This document shows, piece by piece, positions 49,470-57,885 of a stretch of DNA of 64,000 nucleotides; the first letter of the stretch is position 1; each line of letters opens with the position of its first letter. Made by a program: the position numbers and the translations under genes. The DNA is taken from the NCBI GenBank assembly GCA_965224025.1, contig OZ245033.1, forward strand, positions 3,680,001 through 3,744,000. Reading direction: 5' to 3'. This stretch comes from Candidatus Multivorans sp. GTDB lineage: Bacteria; Acidobacteriota; Thermoanaerobaculia; Multivoradales; Multivoraceae. A model generated the notes under the pieces. The model had not been told where the DNA came from, made no database searches, and saw nothing but the letters and a program-made list of their open reading frames with translations.

Positions 49470-50019
49470 TTCGATAGCCTCTGGCGGCTCCCGAGATGAC
49501 AGCCCGGCCTGACCTCGCGGCCAGTACACCGACCTCCTGCGCGTATGCCATCAGGTTCGTTCCGACGTCCCGCGGGCCGACGACTGCCAGACCGCCCCTA
49601 TCCACCAAGGACCGGTCGCCGCAACCATAGAGAACGGGAGGCGTCTTCTCACGAAGCCGTGCCTTCAGCCGCCTGGGGTAGCTGTCATCGGCTCGACTTA
49701 CGACCCAGATCGCTCGGGTCTGCCACCGTTCCACCGCGAGACTCGACTGGACTCCCCGTCCCAGCAGGGACTCGATCCGCCGGCGATCGATTCGAGGCCC
49801 GGCGGCCGCCAGACACTCGTCGAGCACGGCGCTGCCCTCTACGCCGACCAGGTCCGCTGGCTCGCGCCTGATCTCACGCAGGCGATTCGCCAGCTCCGAG
49901 TATTCGCGTCTAGGCGAGAGCGGCCTCAGCGCCGGATCCCTGGGCCGCCCACGGCCAACAATAAGCGGAGCGGTCAGCAGCAAGATGGCCTTCGTGTTTT
50001 GCGAAAGCGGCTCGCTCAT
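49470..50019 (-). pseudogene. dprA: Truncated DprA/Smf-family gene (island type)
   Basis: LSQNTKAILLLTAPL, WVVSRADDSYPRRLK.RL...PPVLYGCGD, LAVVGPR, ISGAARG; homology stops right after this motif. Confidence 0.8.
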
Positions 50020-50027
50020 CGTTCCGC

Positions 50028-50496
50028 TCAAGCCGCAGCCAGCGCCAAGGGCCAAACCTCGCCACTGCCCTCGTTTCTCAACAGCCATGCAGCGGCCGTG
50101 AACGTCCAGCGGGAATCGACGACGTCATCCACCAGTAGCACCGGTGCCGCCGAGGGTCGGCCGTCCAGCTCGAGCGCGCTCCCAGACCTCCCTGTTGTCG
50201 GAGTTGATCGTCTCCGCTCGGATGCCCATCCGCTCTGCGGCGGCAATCTGGTTCCTCATCAAGGCAAGGAGCGGCGACACCAGAAGGGCCGGTCCCATAC
50301 CTGCCTCCCGCAGGAGCTTGGCGGCGATGAAGTAGACGAAGCTCTTTCCCCATCCCGTGCGCTGTAAGACCAACAGCCGGCCTCGCCCCTCGACGACATG
50401 CCGAACAGCCTCGTCCTGGCCGCGCCGGAACGCTGCGTCCGGCTGGCTGGTTCCGAGTCGGAGGAGTTGTACGGCGCGATTCTCGTTGTAGTTCAT
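50028..50496 (-). pseudogene. Internally deleted RecQ-family helicase with C-terminal phosphoribosyltransferase motif
   Basis: The N-terminus FRRGQDEAV...QRTGWGKSFVYF...SPLLALMRNQ...INSDN is joined out of frame to the C-terminus PVLLVDDVVDSRWTFT...VWPLALA. The DEAH core and HelicaseC domain are absent. Confidence 0.85.
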
Positions 50497-50570
50497 CGAC
50501 CGGCCGTTGTATCGCATTCGGCCTACCTTGTCAGCGTCTTGAGAAGACGGCTGGCAGGCTCAGCCGACCT

Positions 50571-50733
50571 TCACTGCTCGAATGCCGAAGTCGTTCGTGT
50601 CTCCTCGTACAACGCCGGCACGAACTTCTCCGTCTCGCCGCTCTCTTCGATGTTGTGGACGATCCAGTCCCGGAGCAGTTCCTCCGTGAATTGCCGGCGG
50701 ATGAACCAGTTCAGGAGACTGTACGAAGATCAC
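50571..50733 (-). pseudogene. Deletion junction: probable toxin start (GTG ATC TTC GTA) fused to the 3' end of an unrelated gene
   Basis: GTG overlaps the antitoxin stop and reads VIFV, like a PIN N-terminus. Another frame reads YSLLNWFIRRQFTEELLRDWIVHNIEESGETEKFVPALYEETRTTSAFEQ*. Confidence 0.4.
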
Positions 50734-50978
50734 TAGAAGCGGCGCCCCTCATCACGGGCGGCGAGGATCACCTCGGTCGTGACGGAAGGACGCCTGCTCC
50801 GCGCCGCCTTGATCCGTTCGATGACCGCCGTTGTGGGCTCGTCGGCGGCGCTCTCCATGCCGACGATTCGAGCGACAGGCTCGCCGCGTCGCGTGATCGT
50901 CACGACCTCGCCCCGTTCCACGGCACGCAGGAGTTCGGGCAACCGGGTCTTTGCCTCGTAGGATCCGATAGTCGTCAT
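50733..50978 (-). CDS. Phd/YefM-family antitoxin (orphan)
   Basis: MTTIGSYEAKTRLPELLRAVERGEVVTITRRGEPVARIV; AAGGGGG RBS. Confidence 0.88.
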   Translation of the reverse strand: MTTIGSYEAKTRLPELLRAVERGEVVTITRRGEPVARIVGMESAADEPTTAVIERIKAARSRRPSVTTEVILAARDEGRRF

Positions 50979-50990
50979 AAGGTCCCCCTT

Positions 50991-51024
50991 GTAGACCAGA
51001 CCTGTAGACCAAGTCGGTAGACCA
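50991..51024. promoter_or_regulatory. Triple GTAGACCA repeat with 13-bp period, probable autoregulatory operator
   Basis: Exact copies at 50991, 51004 and 51017, immediately upstream of the antitoxin RBS. Confidence 0.6.
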
Positions 51025-51068
51025 GCCTATTCCAGATTCTCCGACCTTTCCCCGAGAGGCGCGCAGCG

Positions 51069-52061
51069 TTGTTCATCTGCACATTCATCCTCGCAACCAG
51101 CGCGATGGCCCCCAGCCCTCAGGACTCGACTCTGGGCCACCCGCCCGCTCGGGGCGACGACCTCGGACGCCAGGCCTTCCTCCGCTACTGCCGGGAGTGC
51201 CACGGGGAGGAGGGGGACGGGCTCGGCAAGTTCAGCTACACGACCGGCGAACGGCCCCGCAGCTTCCAGTCCGGGCGCTTCAAGCTGGCCACGACCGAGA
51301 ACGCGATTCCCTCGGACCGGGACCTCGAAGAGACGATCCGGCGCGGCATGCCGGGTACGGGGATGTCCGCTTGGGGACAGGTCCCGGACGCCGAGATCGA
51401 GGCAATGGCGCGCTACGTGCGCAGTTTCAGCCTGAACGCGCTGCGCAAGGAACTCGACGCTGAGGTCGCGGCCGGCGAGTTGAGCGCGGCGGAAGCCGAT
51501 GCCGAGTTCGCGCGCCGAACCGCGCCCGGACCGCCGATCCGGATACCGCCCAAGCCGCCGTTCGACGACGAACGGCGTGCCCGCGGCGAGCGCCTCTACC
51601 TGGAAGCCTGCGCCTCCTGCCACGGCCCCAACGGCCGGCGGCTCCGCAATGACCCGATGGCCGACTTCGAGGGCAACCACACCCTGCCGACCAACATCAC
51701 GGGCGGCATCTTCAAGGGCGGAAACGGCAGCGCCGACATCTACAGCCGCCTCTATCTCGGCATGGACGGTACCGCGATGCCCGGTTACCGCGATGCGTAC
51801 GGCACGGACGAGATCTGGGATCTTGTCCATACGGTGGAGCGGATCATCGCCGAAGGTGGTTTGGGGCTGCCTGAGGACGAGGCGGCAATCGCCGCGGCGG
51901 CGGCAGCCGCGCAGGATTTCTCTTCGCTCTTCGACGAGCCGGAGTACGAGGAGCTTCCGGAGAACGTCCGGGAGGAGACCTCGCCGATTCTGTTGGGAGT
52001 GGGGGGCGTGCTATTGCTGGCGGTGCTGGTCGGGGCGGCGCTGTTGACGAGTCGGCGGTAG
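51069..52061 (+). CDS. Di-heme c-type cytochrome with C-terminal membrane anchor
   Basis: CRECH and CASCH, distal Met motifs GMPGTGM and GMDGTAMP, N-terminal signal-like segment, C-terminal TM followed by RR. Confidence 0.85.
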   Translation: MFICTFILATSAMAPSPQDSTLGHPPARGDDLGRQAFLRYCRECHGEEGDGLGKFSYTTGERPRSFQSGRFKLATTENAIPSDRDLEETIRRGMPGTGMSAWGQVPDAEIEAMARYVRSFSLNALRKELDAEVAAGELSAAEADAEFARRTAPGPPIRIPPKPPFDDERRARGERLYLEACASCHGPNGRRLRNDPMADFEGNHTLPTNITGGIFKGGNGSADIYSRLYLGMDGTAMPGYRDAYGTDEIWDLVHTVERIIAEGGLGLPEDEAAIAAAAAAAQDFSSLFDEPEYEELPENVREETSPILLGVGGVLLLAVLVGAALLTSRR

Positions 52062-52085
52062 CCCCAACGAAGCCGGCGCTACACG

Positions 52086-52185
52086 CCGGATGCGGGCAGG
52101 ATGCCCGCGTTTCATCCGTGCGCCCGATGACGGGCGTACGGAGTGGGTCGCGGGTGGCGCGGATCGCGCCACCCGGGTTCCCAGG
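52086..52185 (+). repeat. Family A composite REP-like element, copy 3
   Basis: Full three-hairpin unit ending GGGTTCCCAGG, between convergent genes. Confidence 0.85.
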
Positions 52186-52194
52186 ACTGCGGCC

Positions 52195-53331
52195 TTAGTT
52201 CGCGGCGCGGAACGCCAGCATGAAGTCGCGCAGGCGCTCGACGCCTTCGATGGGCATCGCGTTGTAGGCGGAGATGCGCAAGCCGCCGACTGAGCGGTGG
52301 CCCTTGATCGACATCAGATCCCGCTCGGCCGCGCCGGCGACGAACGCCTCTTCCAGCTCGGGTCGGCGAAGCCGGAAGGTCACGTTCATATGCGAGCGGC
52401 TTTCCCGCTCGGCGTGGGCAACGAAGAAGTCGCCGCCGTCCCGGTCCAGCACGTCGTAGATCGTCGCGCTCTTCGCGGCCGCCCGGACGGCCGCGGCCTC
52501 CAGACCGCCGACCTCGTCACGCAGCCAGCGCGTCATGAGGAGGAACACGTAGACACCGAACACGTTCGGGGTGTTGAGCCGCGACCCCTTCGCCGCCTGG
52601 CGGCGGTAGCTGAGCATCGAGTGGAGGTCGTCGCCGCAGCGTTCAAGCAGGCGATCCGAAACGACGACGACGGTCAGCCCCGAGGGCCCGGCGTTCTTCT
52701 GGGCGCAGGCGTAAAGCAGGCCGAACTCGCGCACACAGGCGGGGCGCGACAGGAAGTCGGACGACACATCGCACACCAGCGGCGATTCCCCAACCGCGGG
52801 CGGGCGGCGGAACTGGACGCCCTGGATCGTCTCGTTCGAGGTGTAGTGCACGTAGGCCGAGGCCGGCGGCAGATCGAGTTCCGCGTCATCAGGCACACGC
52901 ACGAAGTTGTCGCCCTTGCCGTCCCAGGCCACGTGGACCTCGCCCTCGCGCGCCGCTTCGACCGCCGCCTTGCTGCCCCAGGCGCCGGTCAGGATGTAGC
53001 TCGCCGGCAGGTCCTGACCGCGCAGCAGGTTGATCGGGATCATGGAGAACTGCAGCGAGGCGCCGCCCTGCAGAAACAGCACCTTGTAGTCGTCCGGGAC
53101 GGCGAGCAGCTCGCGCAGGTTGGCCTCCGCTTCGGCCAGGATCGCGTCGAACGCCGGCGAACGGTGACTGATCTCCAGGACGGAACTGCCGGCGCCTGGA
53201 AGCGCGAGCAGGTCGCGCTGGATTTCCTCAAGGACCGGCATTGGAAGCACCGCCGGTCCCGGCGAGAAGTTGAAGACACGCTGCTCCCGTCTCTGCTGCG
53301 CGGAAGGCTGTCGATCGAGAGTCAAGGTCAT
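52195..53331 (-). CDS. serC: Phosphoserine aminotransferase
   Basis: FNFSPGPAVLP, EISHRS, LQGGASLQF, SNETIQG, AQKNAGP (PLP Lys), GHRSVGGLRISAYNA. Confidence 0.95.
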   Translation of the reverse strand: MTLTLDRQPSAQQRREQRVFNFSPGPAVLPMPVLEEIQRDLLALPGAGSSVLEISHRSPAFDAILAEAEANLRELLAVPDDYKVLFLQGGASLQFSMIPINLLRGQDLPASYILTGAWGSKAAVEAAREGEVHVAWDGKGDNFVRVPDDAELDLPPASAYVHYTSNETIQGVQFRRPPAVGESPLVCDVSSDFLSRPACVREFGLLYACAQKNAGPSGLTVVVVSDRLLERCGDDLHSMLSYRRQAAKGSRLNTPNVFGVYVFLLMTRWLRDEVGGLEAAAVRAAAKSATIYDVLDRDGGDFFVAHAERESRSHMNVTFRLRRPELEEAFVAGAAERDLMSIKGHRSVGGLRISAYNAMPIEGVERLRDFMLAFRAAN

Positions 53332-53386
53332 GGCTGGTGTCCGTATGGTTGCCCAACCCGGGGCGGTCAGGGAGGCGAATCGTAAC

Positions 53387-53527
53387 CCGGATGCGGGCGA
53401 GACGCCCGCGTGCCATCCGTGCACCCGCTAACGGGCGCACGAAGTGGTTCGCGTGTGGGCGCGATCCCCGTACCATCCGTGCTCGGCGCACGAGTGGTGT
53501 GCGGATCGGCCCACCCGGGTTCCCAGG
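53387..53527 (+). repeat. Family A composite REP-like element, copy 4 (degenerate, partial internal duplication)
   Basis: CCGGATGCGGGCGAGACGCCCGCG...CCATCCGTGC (twice)...CCCGGGTTCCCAGG, in a divergent intergenic region. Confidence 0.8.
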
Positions 53528-53547
53528 GCCGTTGTACGCTTCCGCGC

Positions 53548-55698
53548 ATGACGGTCGCCGATCCGACTCCACCCCAGGCGCCGGTGACCACCCTCCACCA
53601 CACCGCCTGCACGCTGGACTGCCCCGACTCCTGCTCGCTCGAGGTCGAGGTCCAGGACGGCCGGGTCGCCAAGGTTCGGGCGGCGCCGCCGGATGTCGCG
53701 CACCCGCTGACGAGCGGTTTCATCTGCTCCAAGGTCGGGCGCATCTCGCGCCACCTCTACGGCGAGGACCGCCTGCTTCACCCGGCGCGTCGCGTGGGAG
53801 CGAAGGGCGACGCCGCCTTCGAGCGCATCTCCTGGGAGGAGGCCCTGGACCTGATCGTCTCGCGCATGAAGGAGGCCAAGGCGGCCTTCGGCGGCGAGTC
53901 CGTCCTGCCGGTCAGCTACGGCGGATCGAACGGCCTGATGACCCAGGACACGGCCGACGCCATCCTGTTCCGCCGCTTCGGCGCCTCGGGGCTGGCGCGC
54001 AACGTGTGCGCGGCGCCCAGCACCGCCGCCGCGCTCGGCCTCTACGGCAAGATGGCGGGCGTCGCCCTCGAGGACTACGAACACGCCTCGCTCGCCATCG
54101 TCTGGGGCGCCAACCCGTCCTCCACCGGCATCCACCTGGTGCCGATCCTGCGCACGATGCAGGCGCGCGGCGGCAAGCTCGTCGTCGTCGATCCCCGCCG
54201 CACGCCGCTGGCAAAGAAGGCCGATCTGCACCTGCAACCGAACCCCGGCACCGACCTGTGCCTGGCCCTCGCGCTTCACCGTGAGCTGTTCCGGCGCGGC
54301 GACGCCGACCTCGACTTCCTGGCCGAGAATGCAACCGGCGCCGAAGAGTTGCGGCAACGCGCCGAACCCTGGACCTTCGCCCGCGCGGCCGAGACCACGG
54401 GCATTCCGGAAGCGGACATCGCCCGCTGCTACGAGTGGTACAGCACGTCGTCGCCGGCGGTCATCCGTTGCGGCTGGGGTGTCGAGCGCAACCGCAACGG
54501 CGGCTCGGCCGTGGCGGCGATCCTCGCCCTGCCGGCGGTGGCCGGGAAGTTCCAGGTCCGCGCCGGCGGCTACACGATGAGCAACAGCGGCGCCTTCCGC
54601 AACGTGGGCTGGCGCGAGCCCTCGCCCGGCGCCCGGATCGTGAACATGAACCACGTCGGCCGGGTGCTGACCGACCCGGATGCGATAGAGGGACCACCGG
54701 TCAAGGTGCTGTTCGTCTACAACGCGAACCCGCTCGCCACCCTGCCGAACCAGGAACTGGTACGGCGCGGTCTGGAGCGGCACGACCTGTTCACGGTCGT
54801 CTTCGATCAGGTCCTGACCGACACCGCCCGCTACGCCGACCTGGTGCTGCCCGCGACCACCTTCCTCGAGCACCACGACCTCGCGATGGGCTACGGCGCG
54901 ATGGTGCTTCACGCAACGAAGCCGGTCGCGCTACCGGTCGGCGAAGCGCGATCCAACAACCGGGTGTTCGGCGACCTGGCGGACCGCCTCGGCCTGCTGC
55001 GTCACGTCGATCCTCGCTCCGAAACGGAGTGGACGCAGGCGATCCTGGGCCGGGAACTGGCGCAGCGGCTCGTCGATGAGGGGTTGGTGGCGCCGCGAAC
55101 CGGCCGCCGTCCCATCCAGTTCGTCGATGCCTTCCCCCACACCGGGGACCGCAAGGTCCACCTCTGCCCGCGGTCCCTCGACGCCGAGGCGAGCAACGGG
55201 CTCTACGCCTTCCATGCCGCGCCGGACGCGGAGCGCTACCCGCTGACCCTCATCTCGCCCTCCGTACCGCAGACGGTCAGTTCGACCTTCGGGCAGCTAC
55301 GGCCCGGCGACGTGCCGCTCGAGATGCACCCAAGCGACGCCGCCGCTCGCAATCTGGGCGCTTTCGCTGCGGAACGCAGCGGAGCAAGTTCCAAGGCGGA
55401 AGGTCCCAGTGAGGACGGGATGGGCCGAAACTCCGAGCCTGCGAGGCGTTTCGGGGCGCTCGATGAGGGACACAGGCCGCGGGTGCGCGTGTTCAACGAC
55501 TACGGCGAGGTGCGCTGCCGTCTGCGCCTCAACCCGGACCTCAAACCCGGCGTGACGCTGCTGCCCAAGGGCGTGTGGTTCCGGAGCACCGAGTCCGGCA
55601 CCAACGCCTGCGCCCTGGCCCCGGATACGCTGACCGATATCGGCGCCGGCGCCTGCTTCAACGACGCCCGGGTCGAGGTCGAGGCGCTGGCCGACTGA
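53548..55698 (+). CDS. Molybdopterin-dependent oxidoreductase (DMSO reductase superfamily)
   Basis: ACTLDCPDSC...CSK Fe-S motif, RISWEEALD, WGANP, TDTARYADLVLPA, HPSDAAAR...FND.G, FNDARVEV. Contains an in-frame ~32-aa insertion. Confidence 0.9.
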   Translation: MTVADPTPPQAPVTTLHHTACTLDCPDSCSLEVEVQDGRVAKVRAAPPDVAHPLTSGFICSKVGRISRHLYGEDRLLHPARRVGAKGDAAFERISWEEALDLIVSRMKEAKAAFGGESVLPVSYGGSNGLMTQDTADAILFRRFGASGLARNVCAAPSTAAALGLYGKMAGVALEDYEHASLAIVWGANPSSTGIHLVPILRTMQARGGKLVVVDPRRTPLAKKADLHLQPNPGTDLCLALALHRELFRRGDADLDFLAENATGAEELRQRAEPWTFARAAETTGIPEADIARCYEWYSTSSPAVIRCGWGVERNRNGGSAVAAILALPAVAGKFQVRAGGYTMSNSGAFRNVGWREPSPGARIVNMNHVGRVLTDPDAIEGPPVKVLFVYNANPLATLPNQELVRRGLERHDLFTVVFDQVLTDTARYADLVLPATTFLEHHDLAMGYGAMVLHATKPVALPVGEARSNNRVFGDLADRLGLLRHVDPRSETEWTQAILGRELAQRLVDEGLVAPRTGRRPIQFVDAFPHTGDRKVHLCPRSLDAEASNGLYAFHAAPDAERYPLTLISPSVPQTVSSTFGQLRPGDVPLEMHPSDAAARNLGAFAAERSGASSKAEGPSEDGMGRNSEPARRFGALDEGHRPRVRVFNDYGEVRCRLRLNPDLKPGVTLLPKGVWFRSTESGTNACALAPDTLTDIGAGACFNDARVEVEALAD
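55363..55457 (+). repeat. Family D palindromic element inserted in-frame in the oxidoreductase CDS
   Basis: Homologous to intergenic 43169-43264; translates as FAAERSGASSKAEGPSEDGMGRNSEPARRFG. Confidence 0.7.
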
Positions 55699-55706
55699 GC
55701 CAAGAC

Positions 55707-56678
55707 GTGGATTCGAGAGTCCTGCTCGCAGTGAGCGCCCTGATCTGCGTCCCGGCAGTACGCACGGTCGAGGCCGCCGATGAAGGAGCGGAAGACGACG
55801 CCGTGACGCCTCCTTCCAAGATCGTCATCGCCCACCGCGGCGCCAGCGGATACCTGCCCGAGCACACCCTGCCGGCCTACGCCCTCGCCCACGGCATGGG
55901 CGCCGACTTCATCGAGCCGGACCTGGTGCTCACGCGCGACGGCCATCTCATCTGCCTCCACGACATCTACCTGCAGGCGACCACGAACGTCGAGCAGCTC
56001 TTCCCCGACCGCGCCCGCCACGACGGCCGCTGGTACGCGGCCGACTTCACGCTCGAGGAGATCCGCCGGCTTGAGGCCGAGGAACGCCTCGACGGCCGGT
56101 TCCCGAAGGGCGCCAGCCGGTTCGCCGTACCCGCCTTCACCGAGATGATCGAACTGGTCCAGGGCCTCAACGAACGCACCGGCCGCAACGTCGGGATCTA
56201 CCCCGAGCTCAAGGCCGCGGCCTGGCACCGCGCCGAGGAACTGCCGATGGAGGAACCGCTGCTCGAAGTCCTCGGCCGCTACGGCTACCTCGAAGACGGC
56301 GCGCCGGTGTTCGTCCAGAGCTTCGAGGAGGACAACCTGAGACGTCTGCGCGCCCTCGGATCCGAACTACGCCAAGTGTTCCTGATGGCCGAGGTCGAGC
56401 AGTACCGGCATTTCCTGAGCGCCGAGGGCATCGCCGGCATCACCGGGTTCGCCACCGGAATCGGACCGGCGAAGACCATGCTAGAGCGGCAGCCGGAACT
56501 GATCGGCTGGGCCCACGACGCGGGCCTCACCGTCCATCCCTACACCTTCCGTGCGGACCAGGTGCCCGACCGCGACGAAAGCCACGAGGCGGAACTCCGC
56601 CGCTACCTGTTCGACCTCGGCGTCGACGGCGTGTTCACCGACTTCCCGGATCGGGCGCGGGCGGTTCTGGACCGCTAG
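55707..56678 (+). CDS. glpQ: Glycerophosphodiester phosphodiesterase (GlpQ-like), secreted
   Basis: IAHRGASGYLPEHT, IEPDLVLTRDG...HD, YPELK, QSFE, HPYTFR, GVDGVFTDFPD. Confidence 0.9.
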   Translation: MDSRVLLAVSALICVPAVRTVEAADEGAEDDAVTPPSKIVIAHRGASGYLPEHTLPAYALAHGMGADFIEPDLVLTRDGHLICLHDIYLQATTNVEQLFPDRARHDGRWYAADFTLEEIRRLEAEERLDGRFPKGASRFAVPAFTEMIELVQGLNERTGRNVGIYPELKAAAWHRAEELPMEEPLLEVLGRYGYLEDGAPVFVQSFEEDNLRRLRALGSELRQVFLMAEVEQYRHFLSAEGIAGITGFATGIGPAKTMLERQPELIGWAHDAGLTVHPYTFRADQVPDRDESHEAELRRYLFDLGVDGVFTDFPDRARAVLDR

Positions 56679-57885
56679 GGGCTTGCGCGGCAGAAACTGG
56701 GGGCGCCGGCGTCCCCGCCGGCGTCCGGCGCGAAGCACCGGCCTCCGGTGGTACTGCCGCGCTGGTGCCACTCAACTCCAGTTCCGCCCGGCGCGCTGCC
56801 GGCGCCAGCCCCGCCAGCCGCTCCACCTCGGCGTAGAAGGACGGGAAGTTCCCGCCGGAAGCCTCCAGCAGGGCAAAGAACGCGGGTACGAGATCGTTGT
56901 AGGTGGCCACCGAGACCAGGTCCGCGTTGTTGAGCCGCGACAGCCATCCCCCCAGATCCGACTCGCCGACGCCGCCGTTCCCCGCAGCGCGCCAGGCGGG
57001 GACCAGCTCACGCCGGTAGCGCGCGGCAAGCGACCGGAACACTTGGGCCTTCAGCGCGAGTTTCCGTTGGTCGCTGTCCTCGCTCCGGTAGATCGTCGCC
57101 AGCTCCTCCCGAACCTCCACCAGGAACCGGTTCAGCTCGCGCCGGCGCTCACGACCCCGCTCGAAAGCCTCGAGTTCGTCGCTCCGGCCCAGCGAGCGCA
57201 GCCACCGGCGCACGCCGGCGACTTCGACCGCGGTGGCAAACGACTCGTTGAAGGCGCTGTCGTCCTTGACGTAGGCGACCTGGTGCGCGAGTTCGTGGAA
57301 GATCAGAGCCGCCAAGTCGGCGTCGGCGTAGTCGAGAAACGTGTTGAGCACCGGATCGGCGAACCAGCCCAGAGTCGAGTATGCGGCCACGCCGCCGATG
57401 CGCACGTCGTAACCCTCCGCGGTCAGCCGGTCTCCGTGGCGCCGGGCCGCCCGCTCGTCGAAGTAGCCGCGGTAGGTCGCGCAACCGGCAAACGGATAGC
57501 ACCAAGTCTTCGGTTCCAGGCTCAACTCCGGTGCGGCCACAACGTTCCACACCGCAAACGGGCGGCCGAGGTCGGCGAAACTCCGATAGCTCCTGTTCTC
57601 CGGCAGCGCGAGTTCCCGGCTGGCGAAGTCACGAATCTCGACAGCCAGACGCAGTCGCTCCCGGGTGGCGGCGGAAAGTACCTCCGCGCGCCCCGGCTCC
57701 AGCAGACGGTCGATCGACCGCCGTTTGACCAGCACTCCGGCGCCGCCCCAAACCGCCTGAGAGTAGTAGCGAACACTGCCGCAACTTGCCACCAGGACCG
57801 CCAGAACGAGGGCGATGGCGACCGCCAAGAACCGCTTGCGGACGGGAGTTCGCCGAGATCTCCGCGTGCTACCCTGCCTAGTCAT
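56635..57885 (-). CDS. Predicted zinc aminopeptidase (DUF2265-like), lipoprotein
   Basis: LVASC lipobox, WCYPFAGC..YRGYF, AYSTLGWF.DP, LIFHELAHQ, FNESFAT, LNNA. Confidence 0.85.
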   Translation of the reverse strand: MTRQGSTRRSRRTPVRKRFLAVAIALVLAVLVASCGSVRYYSQAVWGGAGVLVKRRSIDRLLEPGRAEVLSAATRERLRLAVEIRDFASRELALPENRSYRSFADLGRPFAVWNVVAAPELSLEPKTWCYPFAGCATYRGYFDERAARRHGDRLTAEGYDVRIGGVAAYSTLGWFADPVLNTFLDYADADLAALIFHELAHQVAYVKDDSAFNESFATAVEVAGVRRWLRSLGRSDELEAFERGRERRRELNRFLVEVREELATIYRSEDSDQRKLALKAQVFRSLAARYRRELVPAWRAAGNGGVGESDLGGWLSRLNNADLVSVATYNDLVPAFFALLEASGGNFPSFYAEVERLAGLAPAARRAELELSGTSAAVPPEAGASRRTPAGTPAPPVSAAQAPSGPEPPAPDPGSR

